Shown here one piece after another: positions 1-9,652 of a stretch of DNA of 64,000 bases; within the stretch, counting starts at the first letter, position 1; every line of letters begins with the position of its first letter. The DNA comes from Syntrophales bacterium (GTDB taxonomy: Bacteria > Desulfobacterota > Syntrophia > Syntrophales > UBA6807), in assembly GCA_040767195.1 (NCBI GenBank), contig JAXGPA010000001.1:416001-480000 (forward strand). The letters run 5' to 3'. Below the pieces are notes generated by a model, which was not told the DNA's origin, searched no databases, and worked only from the letters and a program-made list of their open reading frames with translations. The position numbers and the translations under genes are program-made.

Positions 1-253
1 AAGCCGACCCCAGGGCCTTCATGAAAGCATCCACCTTTTCGCACTGGATGCCCCGGGTGCCGTCGAGCCGCAGGGGATACCCGACGACGATGCACCCGAC
101 GCCGTACTCCCGGACATAGCGGCCGATTTCCTCCATGTCCCGGGCGGTCCCCCGGGAGGGTACCGTGGCAATCCCCCGGGCCAGCATCTCAAGCTCGTCG
201 GAAACGGCCAGGCCGATCCGCTTCTCTCCGTAGTCGATTCCCAAGACTCTCAT
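1..253 (-). CDS. ruvX: Holliday junction resolvase-like protein RuvX/YqgF (N-terminal part; gene runs off the window)
   Basis: Manual translation from ATG at 253: MRVLGIDYGEKRIGLAVSDELEMLARG...CIVVGYP, the YqgF N-terminal signature; not in the ORF track. Confidence 0.9.
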   Translation of the reverse strand, partial: MRVLGIDYGEKRIGLAVSDELEMLARGIATVPSRGTARDMEEIGRYVREYGVGCIVVGYPLRLDGTRGIQCEKVDAFMKALGSA

Positions 254-560
254 CATTCCGGCAGCGACGGTAAGAATAACGACGGCCCCTGAAAAACAAC
301 CCGACGGGCCGTCCCAAAGACGCTCTTTTAACACACCCCGTCGCCAGGTCAAAGCAAATAAGTCCGATGGGCCGGCCCGGTCCCGTTGCCCCATTCTCTT
401 TTTTCGCGGCGCCCGGACAGAACCCCGTGACCCCCTGCGGCGAAGCGCCAAAGCGGGACCCGGGGAATCCCCAGGAGCGTCCGAAAGGGGGTATTTTCAT
501 TGTGTATTGCGGCCGTTTCTGATATCCAGGGGAAACGATCACGGCACAGGAACGAGATTC

Positions 561-2489
561 ATGAAACATATCATTCTCGGCACGGCGGGCCACGTGGACC
601 ATGGAAAAACCTCGCTCATCAAGGCTCTCACGGGCATCGACACGGACCGCCTGAAAGAGGAAAAAGAGCGGGGCATCACCATCGAGCTCGGGTTTGCCAG
701 GCTGACCCTCCCGGGGGGGCTCGTCATCGGCGTCGTGGATGTTCCCGGCCATGAAAGATTCGTGAAAAACATGGTCGCCGGGGCGGGGGGAATCGACCTC
801 GTGGTCCTCGTCATCGCCGCCGACGAGGGCGTCATGCCCCAGACCCGGGAACACCTGGACATCTGCAGCCTCCTGGGAATCCGGACCGGCCTCGTGGCGG
901 TCACCAAGTCCGATCTCGTGGACCGGGAGTGGATGGAGCTGGTCATCGAGGAAATCCGGGATTTCCTGAAGGAAACCTTCCTCGAGGAAAGCCCCATCAT
1001 CCCCCTGTCTTCGGTCACCGGACAGGGACTGCCGGAGCTCCTCGCGGCCCTGGAAAAAATCATCGCCCCCATGGAAGACCGCCCCGAATCGGGGTTTTTC
1101 AGGCTGCCCATCGACCGGGTCTTCACCATGCGGGGGTTTGGGACGGTGATCACGGGAACCCTGGTTTCGGGCAGCATCCGGGTCGGGGACGGCGTGGATC
1201 TCCTGCCCCAGAAAGTGCGGGCGAAGATACGGGGAATCCAGGTCCACAATGCCGCCGCCGACACCGCCTGGGCCGGCCAGAGAACGGCGGTCAATCTGCA
1301 GGGCATCGAGAAGGAGGCCGTGGAACGGGGAAATATTCTCGCCGCGCCGGACACGTTCGAGCCCTCGGTCATTCTCGACGTGGCCTTCCGGTACCTTTCC
1401 ACGGCGGGAAAGAAACTGAAAAATCGCACGGCCGTGCGCTTCCACATCGGAACCAGTGAAATCGTCTCCCGGATCGTGTTCCCGGACCGGCCGCACATCG
1501 AACCGGGAGAGGAAGCCTACGGCCAGATCCTCCTGGAGAAACCCACCGTGGCCGCCGGCGGCGACCGCTTTGTCCTGCGCAGCTACTCACCGGTCACCAC
1601 CATCGGGGGCGGCGTCATTCTCGATCCCCTGGCCCGGAGATGGAAAGCCCGGGACAGGGAAAGGCGCGACGAGTGGGGACGGCTCCATCAGGGGACGGCC
1701 CTGGAAAAAACAACGGTGATCCTGAAGAGGGCGGGGCTTTCGGGGACCCCCCGGGAACGCCTCGCTGTCCGGGCAGGACTTTCACCCGGGGAATTGAAAC
1801 GCCTTCTCGATCAGATCCTCTCACGGCGGGACGCCCTGCTCCTGGACGGCGACCCCCCGAAACTCTTTCACCGGGATGTCTACCGGGAGCTCCAGGAAGG
1901 CATCCTCACCGAGGCCGGGGCGTATCACAGAAACCAGCCGCTGAAAAAAGGCTGTCCCAAGGAGGAGTTGAGAATCCGCATCGGAACCGCCGTGGATGCC
2001 AAGCTCTTCAACCGGGCCCTCCGGGATCTCGAGGAAGGGGGAAAGATCGTGCTGGAACAGGACACGGTCCGGCTGCCTTCCTATGCCGTCTCGTTGTCCG
2101 ATGACCTTGAATCCTTGAGGGCGGCCATTGAAAGTCGATACCGGGAGGCGGCCCTCACGCCGCCCCTGACCCGGGAGGTCCTGGAACAGTTCAACGACGG
2201 CCGGGGAAGCGTAAACAAGCTTCTCGGCCTCCTGACCAAGGAGGGAATCCTGGTCAAAATCAGCGAGGACCTTTCATTCCACGGGGAGGCCATGAAAAAA
2301 CTGGCGGAGGATTACACGGCCCTTCTTCTTCGGGAAGGCAAGGCGACACCGGCCATGTTCCGCGACCTGACGAACCTCTCCCGGAAGTTCATCATCCCTC
2401 TCATGGAATACTTCGACAAGACGAAGCTCACCATGCGCGTGGGGGATCACCGGATCCTCCGGGCCCGGAAGGAGGACGGCAATGGATAG
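561..2489 (+). CDS. selB: Selenocysteine-specific translation elongation factor SelB
   Basis: [12 protein letters not shown]-loop, [18 protein letters not shown]-terminal winged-helix [13 protein letters not shown]; start trimmed to MKHIILG. Confidence 0.96.
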   Translation: MKHIILGTAGHVDHGKTSLIKALTGIDTDRLKEEKERGITIELGFARLTLPGGLVIGVVDVPGHERFVKNMVAGAGGIDLVVLVIAADEGVMPQTREHLDICSLLGIRTGLVAVTKSDLVDREWMELVIEEIRDFLKETFLEESPIIPLSSVTGQGLPELLAALEKIIAPMEDRPESGFFRLPIDRVFTMRGFGTVITGTLVSGSIRVGDGVDLLPQKVRAKIRGIQVHNAAADTAWAGQRTAVNLQGIEKEAVERGNILAAPDTFEPSVILDVAFRYLSTAGKKLKNRTAVRFHIGTSEIVSRIVFPDRPHIEPGEEAYGQILLEKPTVAAGGDRFVLRSYSPVTTIGGGVILDPLARRWKARDRERRDEWGRLHQGTALEKTTVILKRAGLSGTPRERLAVRAGLSPGELKRLLDQILSRRDALLLDGDPPKLFHRDVYRELQEGILTEAGAYHRNQPLKKGCPKEELRIRIGTAVDAKLFNRALRDLEEGGKIVLEQDTVRLPSYAVSLSDDLESLRAAIESRYREAALTPPLTREVLEQFNDGRGSVNKLLGLLTKEGILVKISEDLSFHGEAMKKLAEDYTALLLREGKATPAMFRDLTNLSRKFIIPLMEYFDKTKLTMRVGDHRILRARKEDGNG

Positions 2490-3249
2490 GGGAAATGTTT
2501 CCGTGGTGGAAAGAAAAATCCGTTTTTACAACGGGTCCAGGCTCATGGAACGATCCGTTTCCGTCATCCAGGAATCTTTTCTGAACGTTTTTCTGAACGA
2601 ACGGGCCATCGCCCGGATCGCCTGCCTGGGGGTTCACCCGGAAGAGCTGGCCGTGGGCTTCCTGCGCTCCGAGGGGCTCTTGAGGAGCCGGGAGGATCTC
2701 CGCGCCATCCGGGCCGCCAGGGGCGAGGTCCGGATCGAGGCCGCCGAAACGGAACGGGAGAAGGAGCAGGAACCGGCGACCCTTCTTTCCAGCGGTTCCC
2801 GGGAGAGAGGGACGGCCGTGCCGAAACCGATTCCCCCGGCCTCCCTCCCCTTTTCGCCGGCGGACATTCTCCGTCTCATGGAGGAACATCTCGAGTCCAC
2901 GGCGCTCCATGCCCAGACCCGAGGAACTCACGGCTCGTCCCTGGCTGACGAGAGGGGCCTTTTTCTTTCCCGCGAGGACGTGGGCAGGCACAACACCATC
3001 GACATGATCGGCGGGCATCTCCTTCTCCGGAAGATGGACGGCGCGGGAAAAATCCTCTTCACCACGGGCCGTCTCTCCTCCGAGATGGTCCGGAAAGTCT
3101 GGAACCTGGGGATCCCCCTTCTCGCCTCCCATGCCGCCGCCACATCCCAGGGGATCGAAATGGCCCGCCAGGGGGGGATCACGCTCATGGGCTGCGTCCG
3201 GAGCGGCACCATGAAAATATACACCCATCATGAAAGGATTTCCTATTGA
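2482..3249 (+). CDS. fdhD: Formate dehydrogenase accessory sulfurtransferase FdhD
   Basis: ELAVGFLRSEG, REDVGRHNTIDMIGG, TTGRLSSEMVRK motifs; overlaps selB stop. Confidence 0.9.
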   Translation: MDRGNVSVVERKIRFYNGSRLMERSVSVIQESFLNVFLNERAIARIACLGVHPEELAVGFLRSEGLLRSREDLRAIRAARGEVRIEAAETEREKEQEPATLLSSGSRERGTAVPKPIPPASLPFSPADILRLMEEHLESTALHAQTRGTHGSSLADERGLFLSREDVGRHNTIDMIGGHLLLRKMDGAGKILFTTGRLSSEMVRKVWNLGIPLLASHAAATSQGIEMARQGGITLMGCVRSGTMKIYTHHERISY

Positions 3250-4208
3250 GTTACAAGAACATTTACGTCCAGAATATCCAGCCGGCCAACAGGATCGAGG
3301 AGACTTTCCTCGTCACGGAAAAAAACCTGGTCCTTTCCCAGAAAGGAAGCCTCTACCTGAGCCTTCGGCTCCGGGACAAGACGGGGGAAGTCGAGGGAAG
3401 GGTCTGGGAACGGGCGGCGGAAATCAGCCGCACTTTCCAGAAAGGAGACGTCGTTCTCGTCCGTGGACGGGCCGTCCGGTACCGGGACGCAATACAACTC
3501 AGCATCGCGGACATGGAGAAACCCGATCCGGCGGACGTTGACATGACCGATTACGTCTCCGCCTCGCGGTGGAACGTGGACGACATGTTCAAAAGCCTCG
3601 TGGAAATTGCGGCAACCGTGGAAGACCCCTTTCTGAAACAGCTCCTGGACGGCATTCTCGCCGACGACGAGATCGCCGGGCTCCTGAAAAAGGCCCCCGC
3701 CGCCAAGGGAATGCACCACTTCTACCTGGGCGGGCTCCTGGAACACACCCTGTCCATGACCCGGATCCTGAACCACCTGTCGGAACACTACGACGGGGTG
3801 AACCGGGACCTTCTCATCACCGGGGGGATTCTCCACGACATCGGAAAGATCTACGAGCTGTCCTCGGAAGGCATGATCGAGTACACCGACGAGGGGCGTC
3901 TCATCGGCCACATCGTCCTGGGCCTGGAACTGGTGAACCGGAAAATGTCCCTCATCCCCGGCTTCCCCGACCACCTGGCCATGGAACTCCGCCACATTCT
4001 CATCAGCCACCACGGCGCCGTCGAATACGGTTCCCCGAAGAGGCCGAAAACCCTGGAGTCCCTCATGGTTTACTTCGCCGACGACCTGGACGCCAAGGTG
4101 AACGCCTTCCAGGAATCCATCAGCGGCGCCGGCGAAGACGAATCGAGCTGGACCCCCTATCACCGCCTGTTCGACCGGTATATCTACAAGGGGCCTAAGC
4201 CGAAGTAG
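3246..4208 (+). CDS. yhaM: OB-fold + HD-domain 3'-5' exoribonuclease (YhaM/Cbf1 family)
   Basis: N-terminal OB fold (LRLRDKTGEVEGRVW), HH..GGLLEH, LHDIGK, ILISHHG, DDLDAK. Confidence 0.88.
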   Translation: MSYKNIYVQNIQPANRIEETFLVTEKNLVLSQKGSLYLSLRLRDKTGEVEGRVWERAAEISRTFQKGDVVLVRGRAVRYRDAIQLSIADMEKPDPADVDMTDYVSASRWNVDDMFKSLVEIAATVEDPFLKQLLDGILADDEIAGLLKKAPAAKGMHHFYLGGLLEHTLSMTRILNHLSEHYDGVNRDLLITGGILHDIGKIYELSSEGMIEYTDEGRLIGHIVLGLELVNRKMSLIPGFPDHLAMELRHILISHHGAVEYGSPKRPKTLESLMVYFADDLDAKVNAFQESISGAGEDESSWTPYHRLFDRYIYKGPKPK

Positions 4209-4911
4209 GCGGCCTCACCGGCCGTTCGCCGAAGAGGGCCCGCCCCACGCGGACGATGGTGGCGCCCTCCTCCACGGCCACTTCGTAGTCCTGGGTCATG
4301 CCCATGGAAAGCTCTTCCATGGAAACCCCCGGGATCCCCGACTCCCGTACCCGTTCCCCCATTTCCCGGAGAGCCCGGAAAAACGGCCTGGCCTCCTCCG
4401 GGTCGTCGAACCAGGGCGGCATGGTCATGAGCCCCCTTACGGAGAGATGCTTCATGGCAGCCACCTCCCGGACCAGGGCCAGGGCGTCTTCCGGTAAAAC
4501 GCCGCCTTTCGTCTCCTCGCCGCCGAGGCTCACCTGGATGAGAACGGGCGTCACCACGCCGGCACGGTCCGAGCGCCTGTCCAGTTCCGCCGCCAGGCCG
4601 GACCGATCCACCGAGTGGATGAGATCGAACAGGCGGACGGCGTAACGGGCCTTGTTGGACTGGAGATGGCCGATGAAGTGCCATTCCACCTTTCTTCCCA
4701 GGATTTCGATCTTTCGTTTCGCCTCCTGGACGTAGTTCTCCCCCAGGATGTCCACGCCCGCCGCGAGGGCCTCCCCGATCCGGCTGTCATCCACCGTTTT
4801 CGTTACCGCCATGAGCCGGACGCCCGAGGGGTCCCTTCCCCGCCTCAGGGCCGCCTCGGCGATCCGTTCGCGGATCCGCGCGACGTTGTCACCTACCGAT
4901 TTCATTGTCAC
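4195..4911 (-). CDS. yggS: PLP homeostasis protein YggS
   Basis: LMAVTKT, GENYVQE, WHFIGHLQSNK, LSMGMTQD, VRVGRALFG. Confidence 0.95.
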   Translation of the reverse strand: MTMKSVGDNVARIRERIAEAALRRGRDPSGVRLMAVTKTVDDSRIGEALAAGVDILGENYVQEAKRKIEILGRKVEWHFIGHLQSNKARYAVRLFDLIHSVDRSGLAAELDRRSDRAGVVTPVLIQVSLGGEETKGGVLPEDALALVREVAAMKHLSVRGLMTMPPWFDDPEEARPFFRALREMGERVRESGIPGVSMEELSMGMTQDYEVAVEEGATIVRVGRALFGERPVRPPTSA

Positions 4912-5500
4912 CTCCCTGAAAAAAACGGACCGCCCCCACCGCCTTCAGGGCCGAAACGACTTCGCACAGGGGAAGGCCCACCACGTTCGTGTAGGATCCG
5001 TGTATCTCCTCGATGAAGGCCGCCGCCAGCCCCTGGACGGCGTACCCCCCGGCCTTGTCGTAAGGCTCGGGGGTCCTCGCGTACCAAGCCATTTCATCGG
5101 CCGCCATGTCCCGGAAGACCACCCGGGAGGTCACGGCCCGGGAGGCCGCCGGCGGTTCCCCGTCCCGGATCAGGGCAAATCCCGTGATCACCTCGTGGGC
5201 CCTTCCGGCGAGCTTCCGGAGCATGTCCCGGGCTTCCCCGGGCGTTTCGGGCTTTCCCAGGATCTCACCGCCGGCGACAACCACCGTGTCGGCGCCGAGG
5301 ACCCACATCCCGGGGTGCCGGCGGGCGACGAAACGGCTCTTTTCCAGGGAAAGGCGGAGCACATGGTCCCGGGGGGTTTCTCCCGTCAAAAAGTTTTCGG
5401 GAAGATAACTGGGGTAAACGGTGAAGGAAAACCCCAGGTCTTCCAGGAGGGCCTTCCGCCGGGGGGACGCCGAGGCCAGGATGAATGAAGGATCCGTCAT
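4889..5500 (-). CDS. maf: Maf-family nucleoside triphosphate pyrophosphatase
   Basis: FILASASPRRK, GADTVV, DKAGGYAVQG, GSYTNVVGLP; start trimmed to ATG at 5500. Confidence 0.93.
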   Translation of the reverse strand: MTDPSFILASASPRRKALLEDLGFSFTVYPSYLPENFLTGETPRDHVLRLSLEKSRFVARRHPGMWVLGADTVVVAGGEILGKPETPGEARDMLRKLAGRAHEVITGFALIRDGEPPAASRAVTSRVVFRDMAADEMAWYARTPEPYDKAGGYAVQGLAAAFIEEIHGSYTNVVGLPLCEVVSALKAVGAVRFFQGGDNEIGR

Positions 5501-5505
5501 GGCGT

Positions 5506-6309
5506 TCAATCTCCCCCCTCTAAAGAAAAGGCCATCCCATCCTCCGCCAGGGTGAGGGGCCCCGGCCAGGTCTTTCGGCACTGGGCAGCCAGGTCCGCCC
5601 CGTCGCACTCCGGGTAGAAATGGGTGAGAACAAGGCGTTTCACATCGGCCTCCCGGGCGATCCGTCCCGCTTCGGACGGCGTGAGATGACCGGCGATGCC
5701 CTGTCCGTCGGGCGTGGAGGCCTCGCAGATCAGGATATCCGCCTTTCCGGCCAGCCGGACGGCGTTGGCGCAGTAGGCCGTGTCCCCGGTCACGACGAGG
5801 GACCGGCATTCCGCCGTCTCCAGCCGGAACCCGACGCTGCTTTCCGTGTGCTCCAGGGGCAGCGTCCGGATTTCGAGCGAACCGACGGGACAGGACCCCC
5901 ACCCCGGCCCGTCGAACTCGAGGATCGCCACGCTTCCCGTTTTCTGCTCGATCGAGGAGCCGTAGAGGCGGAAAAGCCCCCCCATGAATTCCCGCATCCC
6001 CGGGCCGCCGCCCACGGTGAGGGTCCGGCTGGCGGTGTCGAAGCCCGGGTATTTCCGGGCGAAGAGGAAGGCCGCCAGTTCCCCCGAGTGGTCGAGATGG
6101 CGGTGGGTGAGGAACACATGGGTCACCCGGTCCACCGTCACCCCCGCCTTGAGGAGACGCCCCATCGTTCCGGGGCCCATGTCGAAGAGGATGACCGCCT
6201 GTCCCGCCGTGACGAGGAGGCCGGGAGCCCCCCGGGACAGGGAGGGAACGGCCGTGCCCGACCCCAGGACAACGGCCCTTGGAACCGCCGGACCGGTCGT
6301 GCCGGTCAT
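5506..6309 (-). CDS. MBL-fold metallohydrolase (RNase Z/BN-like)
   Basis: LGSGT, THRHLDH, VTGDT, GHLTP, LVLTHFYP motifs. Confidence 0.85.
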   Translation of the reverse strand: MTGTTGPAVPRAVVLGSGTAVPSLSRGAPGLLVTAGQAVILFDMGPGTMGRLLKAGVTVDRVTHVFLTHRHLDHSGELAAFLFARKYPGFDTASRTLTVGGGPGMREFMGGLFRLYGSSIEQKTGSVAILEFDGPGWGSCPVGSLEIRTLPLEHTESSVGFRLETAECRSLVVTGDTAYCANAVRLAGKADILICEASTPDGQGIAGHLTPSEAGRIAREADVKRLVLTHFYPECDGADLAAQCRKTWPGPLTLAEDGMAFSLEGGD

Positions 6310-6707
6310 TTTCCGCCGGGAAAGACGTTCACCAGGACCCGCCGCGTCCTGGGACCGTCGAACTCGCAGAAGAAAAGGGACTGCCAGGTCCCGAGGACGA
6401 GATCGCCCCCTTCCACGAAAACGGATTGGGACGTCCCGAAAAGGGAGGCCTTGACGTGGGCGGCGGCGTTGCCTTCCCGGTGACGGTAAGGGCCGTTCCA
6501 GGGAACGATCTTTTCCAGGGCGTCGAGGATGTCCCGGGGAACGTCGGGATCGGCGTTTTCATTGATTGTCACGGCGGCGGTGGTGTGGGGGACGAAGACG
6601 CGGCAGATCCCCTGCCGGACCCCGCTTTCCCGGACAATCCGCCTCACGGCGGCGGTGATGTCGACCATCTCGCTTCGGCCGCTCGTCTGGAGAGATAGAG
6701 ATTCCAT
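6306..6707 (-). CDS. yjbQ: YjbQ/UPF0047 family protein
   Basis: PHTTAAVTINENADPDV, EGNAAAHVK, LGTWQ..FCEFDGPR; start trimmed to MESLSLQT. Confidence 0.92.
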   Translation of the reverse strand: MESLSLQTSGRSEMVDITAAVRRIVRESGVRQGICRVFVPHTTAAVTINENADPDVPRDILDALEKIVPWNGPYRHREGNAAAHVKASLFGTSQSVFVEGGDLVLGTWQSLFFCEFDGPRTRRVLVNVFPGGK

Positions 6708-6853
6708 GATCGCCTCGATTTGTTCTCCTGTTCCGCTCCTGCCGGATGGTCCGGCCGATGAAACGGTTCGTCTCACTATAATGAAAGAAACAGGATTTTT
6801 CAACGGCCCGCCGGGAGGCTCTCGCTTTCGGCGTCGGAAGAAACCCCCTCCGC

Positions 6854-7498
6854 TCACGGCGCCTCGACGCTGATGGCGATCATTTCAGTGATGCGAAAAA
6901 CCACCTGTTCGCCGATTTTACCCTTGCTGAGATCCACGTCGCTGCGGACCGGAAAGGTCTTAGCGGTTCCGTCCTCGAACTTCAGGGTTGCCGTGTGTTT
7001 CTCCAGATCAATCGCCATGACGGTACCGGTGATCTGCCTGGTTTCGGCAAACAATCCGCCCGGCCGGGCGCCCTCCGGGGCCAAAGCCACCAATCCCGCC
7101 GACCCGTCACCGGAGGAGCCGTCTTCCCCGTTCATATAAATGACAAGCTCTTCGGTCACTGTGAAATTAACCAGGTCTCCTGCACGGATTTGGTCGAAGT
7201 TGACCGCTTCGGGGCCGACTTTAACAGGGAAGGCCTTTCCGCCGGCATCCACGAGAATCACTTTGCGATTGACCTTGTCAATGGCCTTGACCCGGGCGGT
7301 CACGGACAGGGTGTTAACGATGACCCCGCCCGGTACGCCTTCAACATAGGCGACCGTGCCGGTTTCCTCGGCAGGCGGCGGTGCCGGGACGGACGCGCAG
7401 GAGACGAGGGTGAGCAACCCCGTCAACAGGGCGATCACGGCCAGGGTGCTCTTGGAAATCTTACATTGCATGACACAACCTTCGCTTCTCATGTTCAT
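6854..7498 (-). CDS. Hypothetical lipoprotein with two repeated OB-like beta domains
   Basis: Lipobox LVSC after hydrophobic stretch; internal repeat (VKAIDKVNRKVIL / VMAIDLEKHTATL). Confidence 0.7.
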   Translation of the reverse strand: MNMRSEGCVMQCKISKSTLAVIALLTGLLTLVSCASVPAPPPAEETGTVAYVEGVPGGVIVNTLSVTARVKAIDKVNRKVILVDAGGKAFPVKVGPEAVNFDQIRAGDLVNFTVTEELVIYMNGEDGSSGDGSAGLVALAPEGARPGGLFAETRQITGTVMAIDLEKHTATLKFEDGTAKTFPVRSDVDLSKGKIGEQVVFRITEMIAISVEAP

Positions 7499-7694
7499 AT
7501 TCCTCCCTGTTTATTTCAAGAACGTTTATTCTGATCGATTCGATTTAAAATTCAAAAAAGCTGCCAGTCAAGGAAAATTCGGGCACAATCACCGGCTGTC
7601 ACGATCGATCAGAAAAAAAAGACTCCCGGTATTCGCCCGTGGCAAGTGAACCTGTCGTGCTTCCCTCCAGGGAGCACGTACCCTGTTTTTGAGG

Positions 7695-8372
7695 CTACTT
7701 CACGATGCCTCTCTCATGATCGATGAAGGACACCGTTTTCTCCGCCCAGAACTTGAAGGCCTCGCTCGCCGCCCCCCACTTGGAAAATCTCGACTCGAAG
7801 GCCGCCTTTTGCCTGTCCACGGCAAGGGCGAGGATTTCCCCGCTCAGGCTGTCCAGGGCCATGAGTTCCATACCTGTTTCACCGCTCCCGGACCAGCCGC
7901 CGGTTGTGCCTTTCTTTATGAGACTGATGCCGAGCCCGATGGGAACGATCGTCGTTATGGCGCTCATGCCCGGGTTGCTCGGCTCGATGTTCGTGATGGC
8001 GATACGGATCCTTGCCACTCCGGGAGCGGGTTCCGCGACAATAGGGTATTTATCCCTGAAAGCTGCAGCCATTTCCTCGTTGAACCGGTCGGCCATTTCC
8101 TTCATCTCCTGGGGATCGATGCCCTTGTATTGCGCCTTGTCCGCAAAAAAGAAGATGACGCTGTCAACCATGAACTTGTCATATTTTTTTGGATCCACCC
8201 CGTCCTTCACCCAGCGCAGTTTCACACCCCCATCGGGACCCGGAACCAGCCGGCCGTAGACAGACGGGTCACCAAGAAACCCCGAAAATTGACCATCCCC
8301 GGCCGCCGCCACGGATGCCGCGATGGCAACGCCGATGACCGCCGACAGTATCATTCGAACCGTTCTTTTCAT
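7695..8372 (-). CDS. Exported DUF3313-like protein
   Basis: Signal peptide; SGFLGD, RIRIAITNI, DSLSGEILALAVDR pattern resembling DUF3313. Confidence 0.7.
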   Translation of the reverse strand: MKRTVRMILSAVIGVAIAASVAAAGDGQFSGFLGDPSVYGRLVPGPDGGVKLRWVKDGVDPKKYDKFMVDSVIFFFADKAQYKGIDPQEMKEMADRFNEEMAAAFRDKYPIVAEPAPGVARIRIAITNIEPSNPGMSAITTIVPIGLGISLIKKGTTGGWSGSGETGMELMALDSLSGEILALAVDRQKAAFESRFSKWGAASEAFKFWAEKTVSFIDHERGIVK

Positions 8373-8507
8373 CGTCTTTTCTCCCTTTTCAAAGATATTT
8401 CGTCATCGAGGCCTTCACGGGGCCCATGGCCGCGGTCGACCCTCTTTTCGCTTCCTTCTCCCGTATTTTCGGATCGAACCGGGGCACAGACGGGAAAACG
8501 GTCTTTT

Positions 8508-9509
8508 CTATAAAAGCAACGCCAGCTTGAACCAGACGTAGTCCCCCTCGAGGCGGTTCGTCACGTCAAATTCGTGAAGCCATTTGAGTTCGGCCACGAA
8601 ATCCTTCTTCCCGATCTTCGTCGCGTAGGAGAGCACCGGCCCGACGCTGGCAGAACGGCCCTCGAAATCCCCCAGGACGGCGCCGGACCCGCTGTCGCCG
8701 CTGACCTGATCATAGTAACACCCGCTCGCGCCGAGGCCGATGAGTCCGCCCAAAAGAGGCAGGTGTTCCGCAAGCGTGACATCGAGATGAAGCTGGTTTC
8801 CCGTCCTGTAATCCGTATCATCGTTTTTTGTGTTGATGCTGAACCCGGCAAAGGCGGTCAGTTCCAGGCCCATTCTGCTGCTGATGTAGCTGAACGAGAC
8901 GGCGGGCTCGAAGGTCCAGTAGTTCTTTCCGACGTTGGCGATGTCGCCCTTGGCGTAGTCGCCGGTGGGGACATAGACACCCAGCCGGATGTCGTATTTG
9001 AGGTCGCCGCCGAGACCGGTCCAGCCGAGCATGAACGGGTAGACGGTGATGTCGCCGAAGCCGCTGGCCGTGTCGCGGACGCGGCGGGTGACGGTGGAAC
9101 CCGTTTTTGGATTGGTGAGTTGAACTTCCCCTTCGATCTCCATCCAGACAAACGGGATGGCCGCGCCTACCACGTAATAACCGCCCAGAAGGTTCAAAGG
9201 GGTTCGGTACAGCGCCAGCACCGTGTCCGCGTAAGCGGTGGCATCGATGCCCGCCACGACGAGTCCCCCGAGTTTACTGACATTCACGCTGGCGTCATAA
9301 AAGGCGAAAAAATTGGCGACGGCCGGTCCGGGCCTGCCGGGAAGGGCATCGACGAAAGAGGCGTTCGCACCGGGCATGTAATGGCCGCTGCCCCCTTCCT
9401 CGGCGGAGGCAGAGAGGGGAACCAGAATGACGACCGCCGCAAGGGTGCAGAGCGTTATGCGTATCGTGCTTTTGGCTTTTTTAATCATTGAGATGCTCGT
9501 TGTTTTCAT
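8508..9509 (-). CDS. Outer-membrane beta-barrel channel (SphA / MetA-pathway phenol-degradation family)
   Basis: Signal peptide then AEEGGSGHYMPG, SGFGDI, PTGDY...NVGKNYWTFEP, TDYRTG, C-terminal WFKL; start trimmed to avoid overlap with anSME. Confidence 0.8.
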   Translation of the reverse strand: MKTTSISMIKKAKSTIRITLCTLAAVVILVPLSASAEEGGSGHYMPGANASFVDALPGRPGPAVANFFAFYDASVNVSKLGGLVVAGIDATAYADTVLALYRTPLNLLGGYYVVGAAIPFVWMEIEGEVQLTNPKTGSTVTRRVRDTASGFGDITVYPFMLGWTGLGGDLKYDIRLGVYVPTGDYAKGDIANVGKNYWTFEPAVSFSYISSRMGLELTAFAGFSINTKNDDTDYRTGNQLHLDVTLAEHLPLLGGLIGLGASGCYYDQVSGDSGSGAVLGDFEGRSASVGPVLSYATKIGKKDFVAELKWLHEFDVTNRLEGDYVWFKLALLL

Positions 9510-9652
9510 GCCCTGTTCCTCCTGTGTGCGTTCATTCTTGAACGGGTCGCTCCCTGTGAAACCTTGTCCCCCCCGGTGCATCTTCCCCGCTGAAAGGAAA
9601 ACGAGCGGCTCCGGCGGCGCCGGGCAGTCAGATCGTCGAAAGGGCGGTTGAT

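Noticed and set aside
5501..5902. N-terminal extension of Maf (likewise ORF-track extensions of the OM channel, gspC, gspH, HPr and yraN)
   Set aside because: The extensions overlap neighbouring genes; family homology begins at downstream starts
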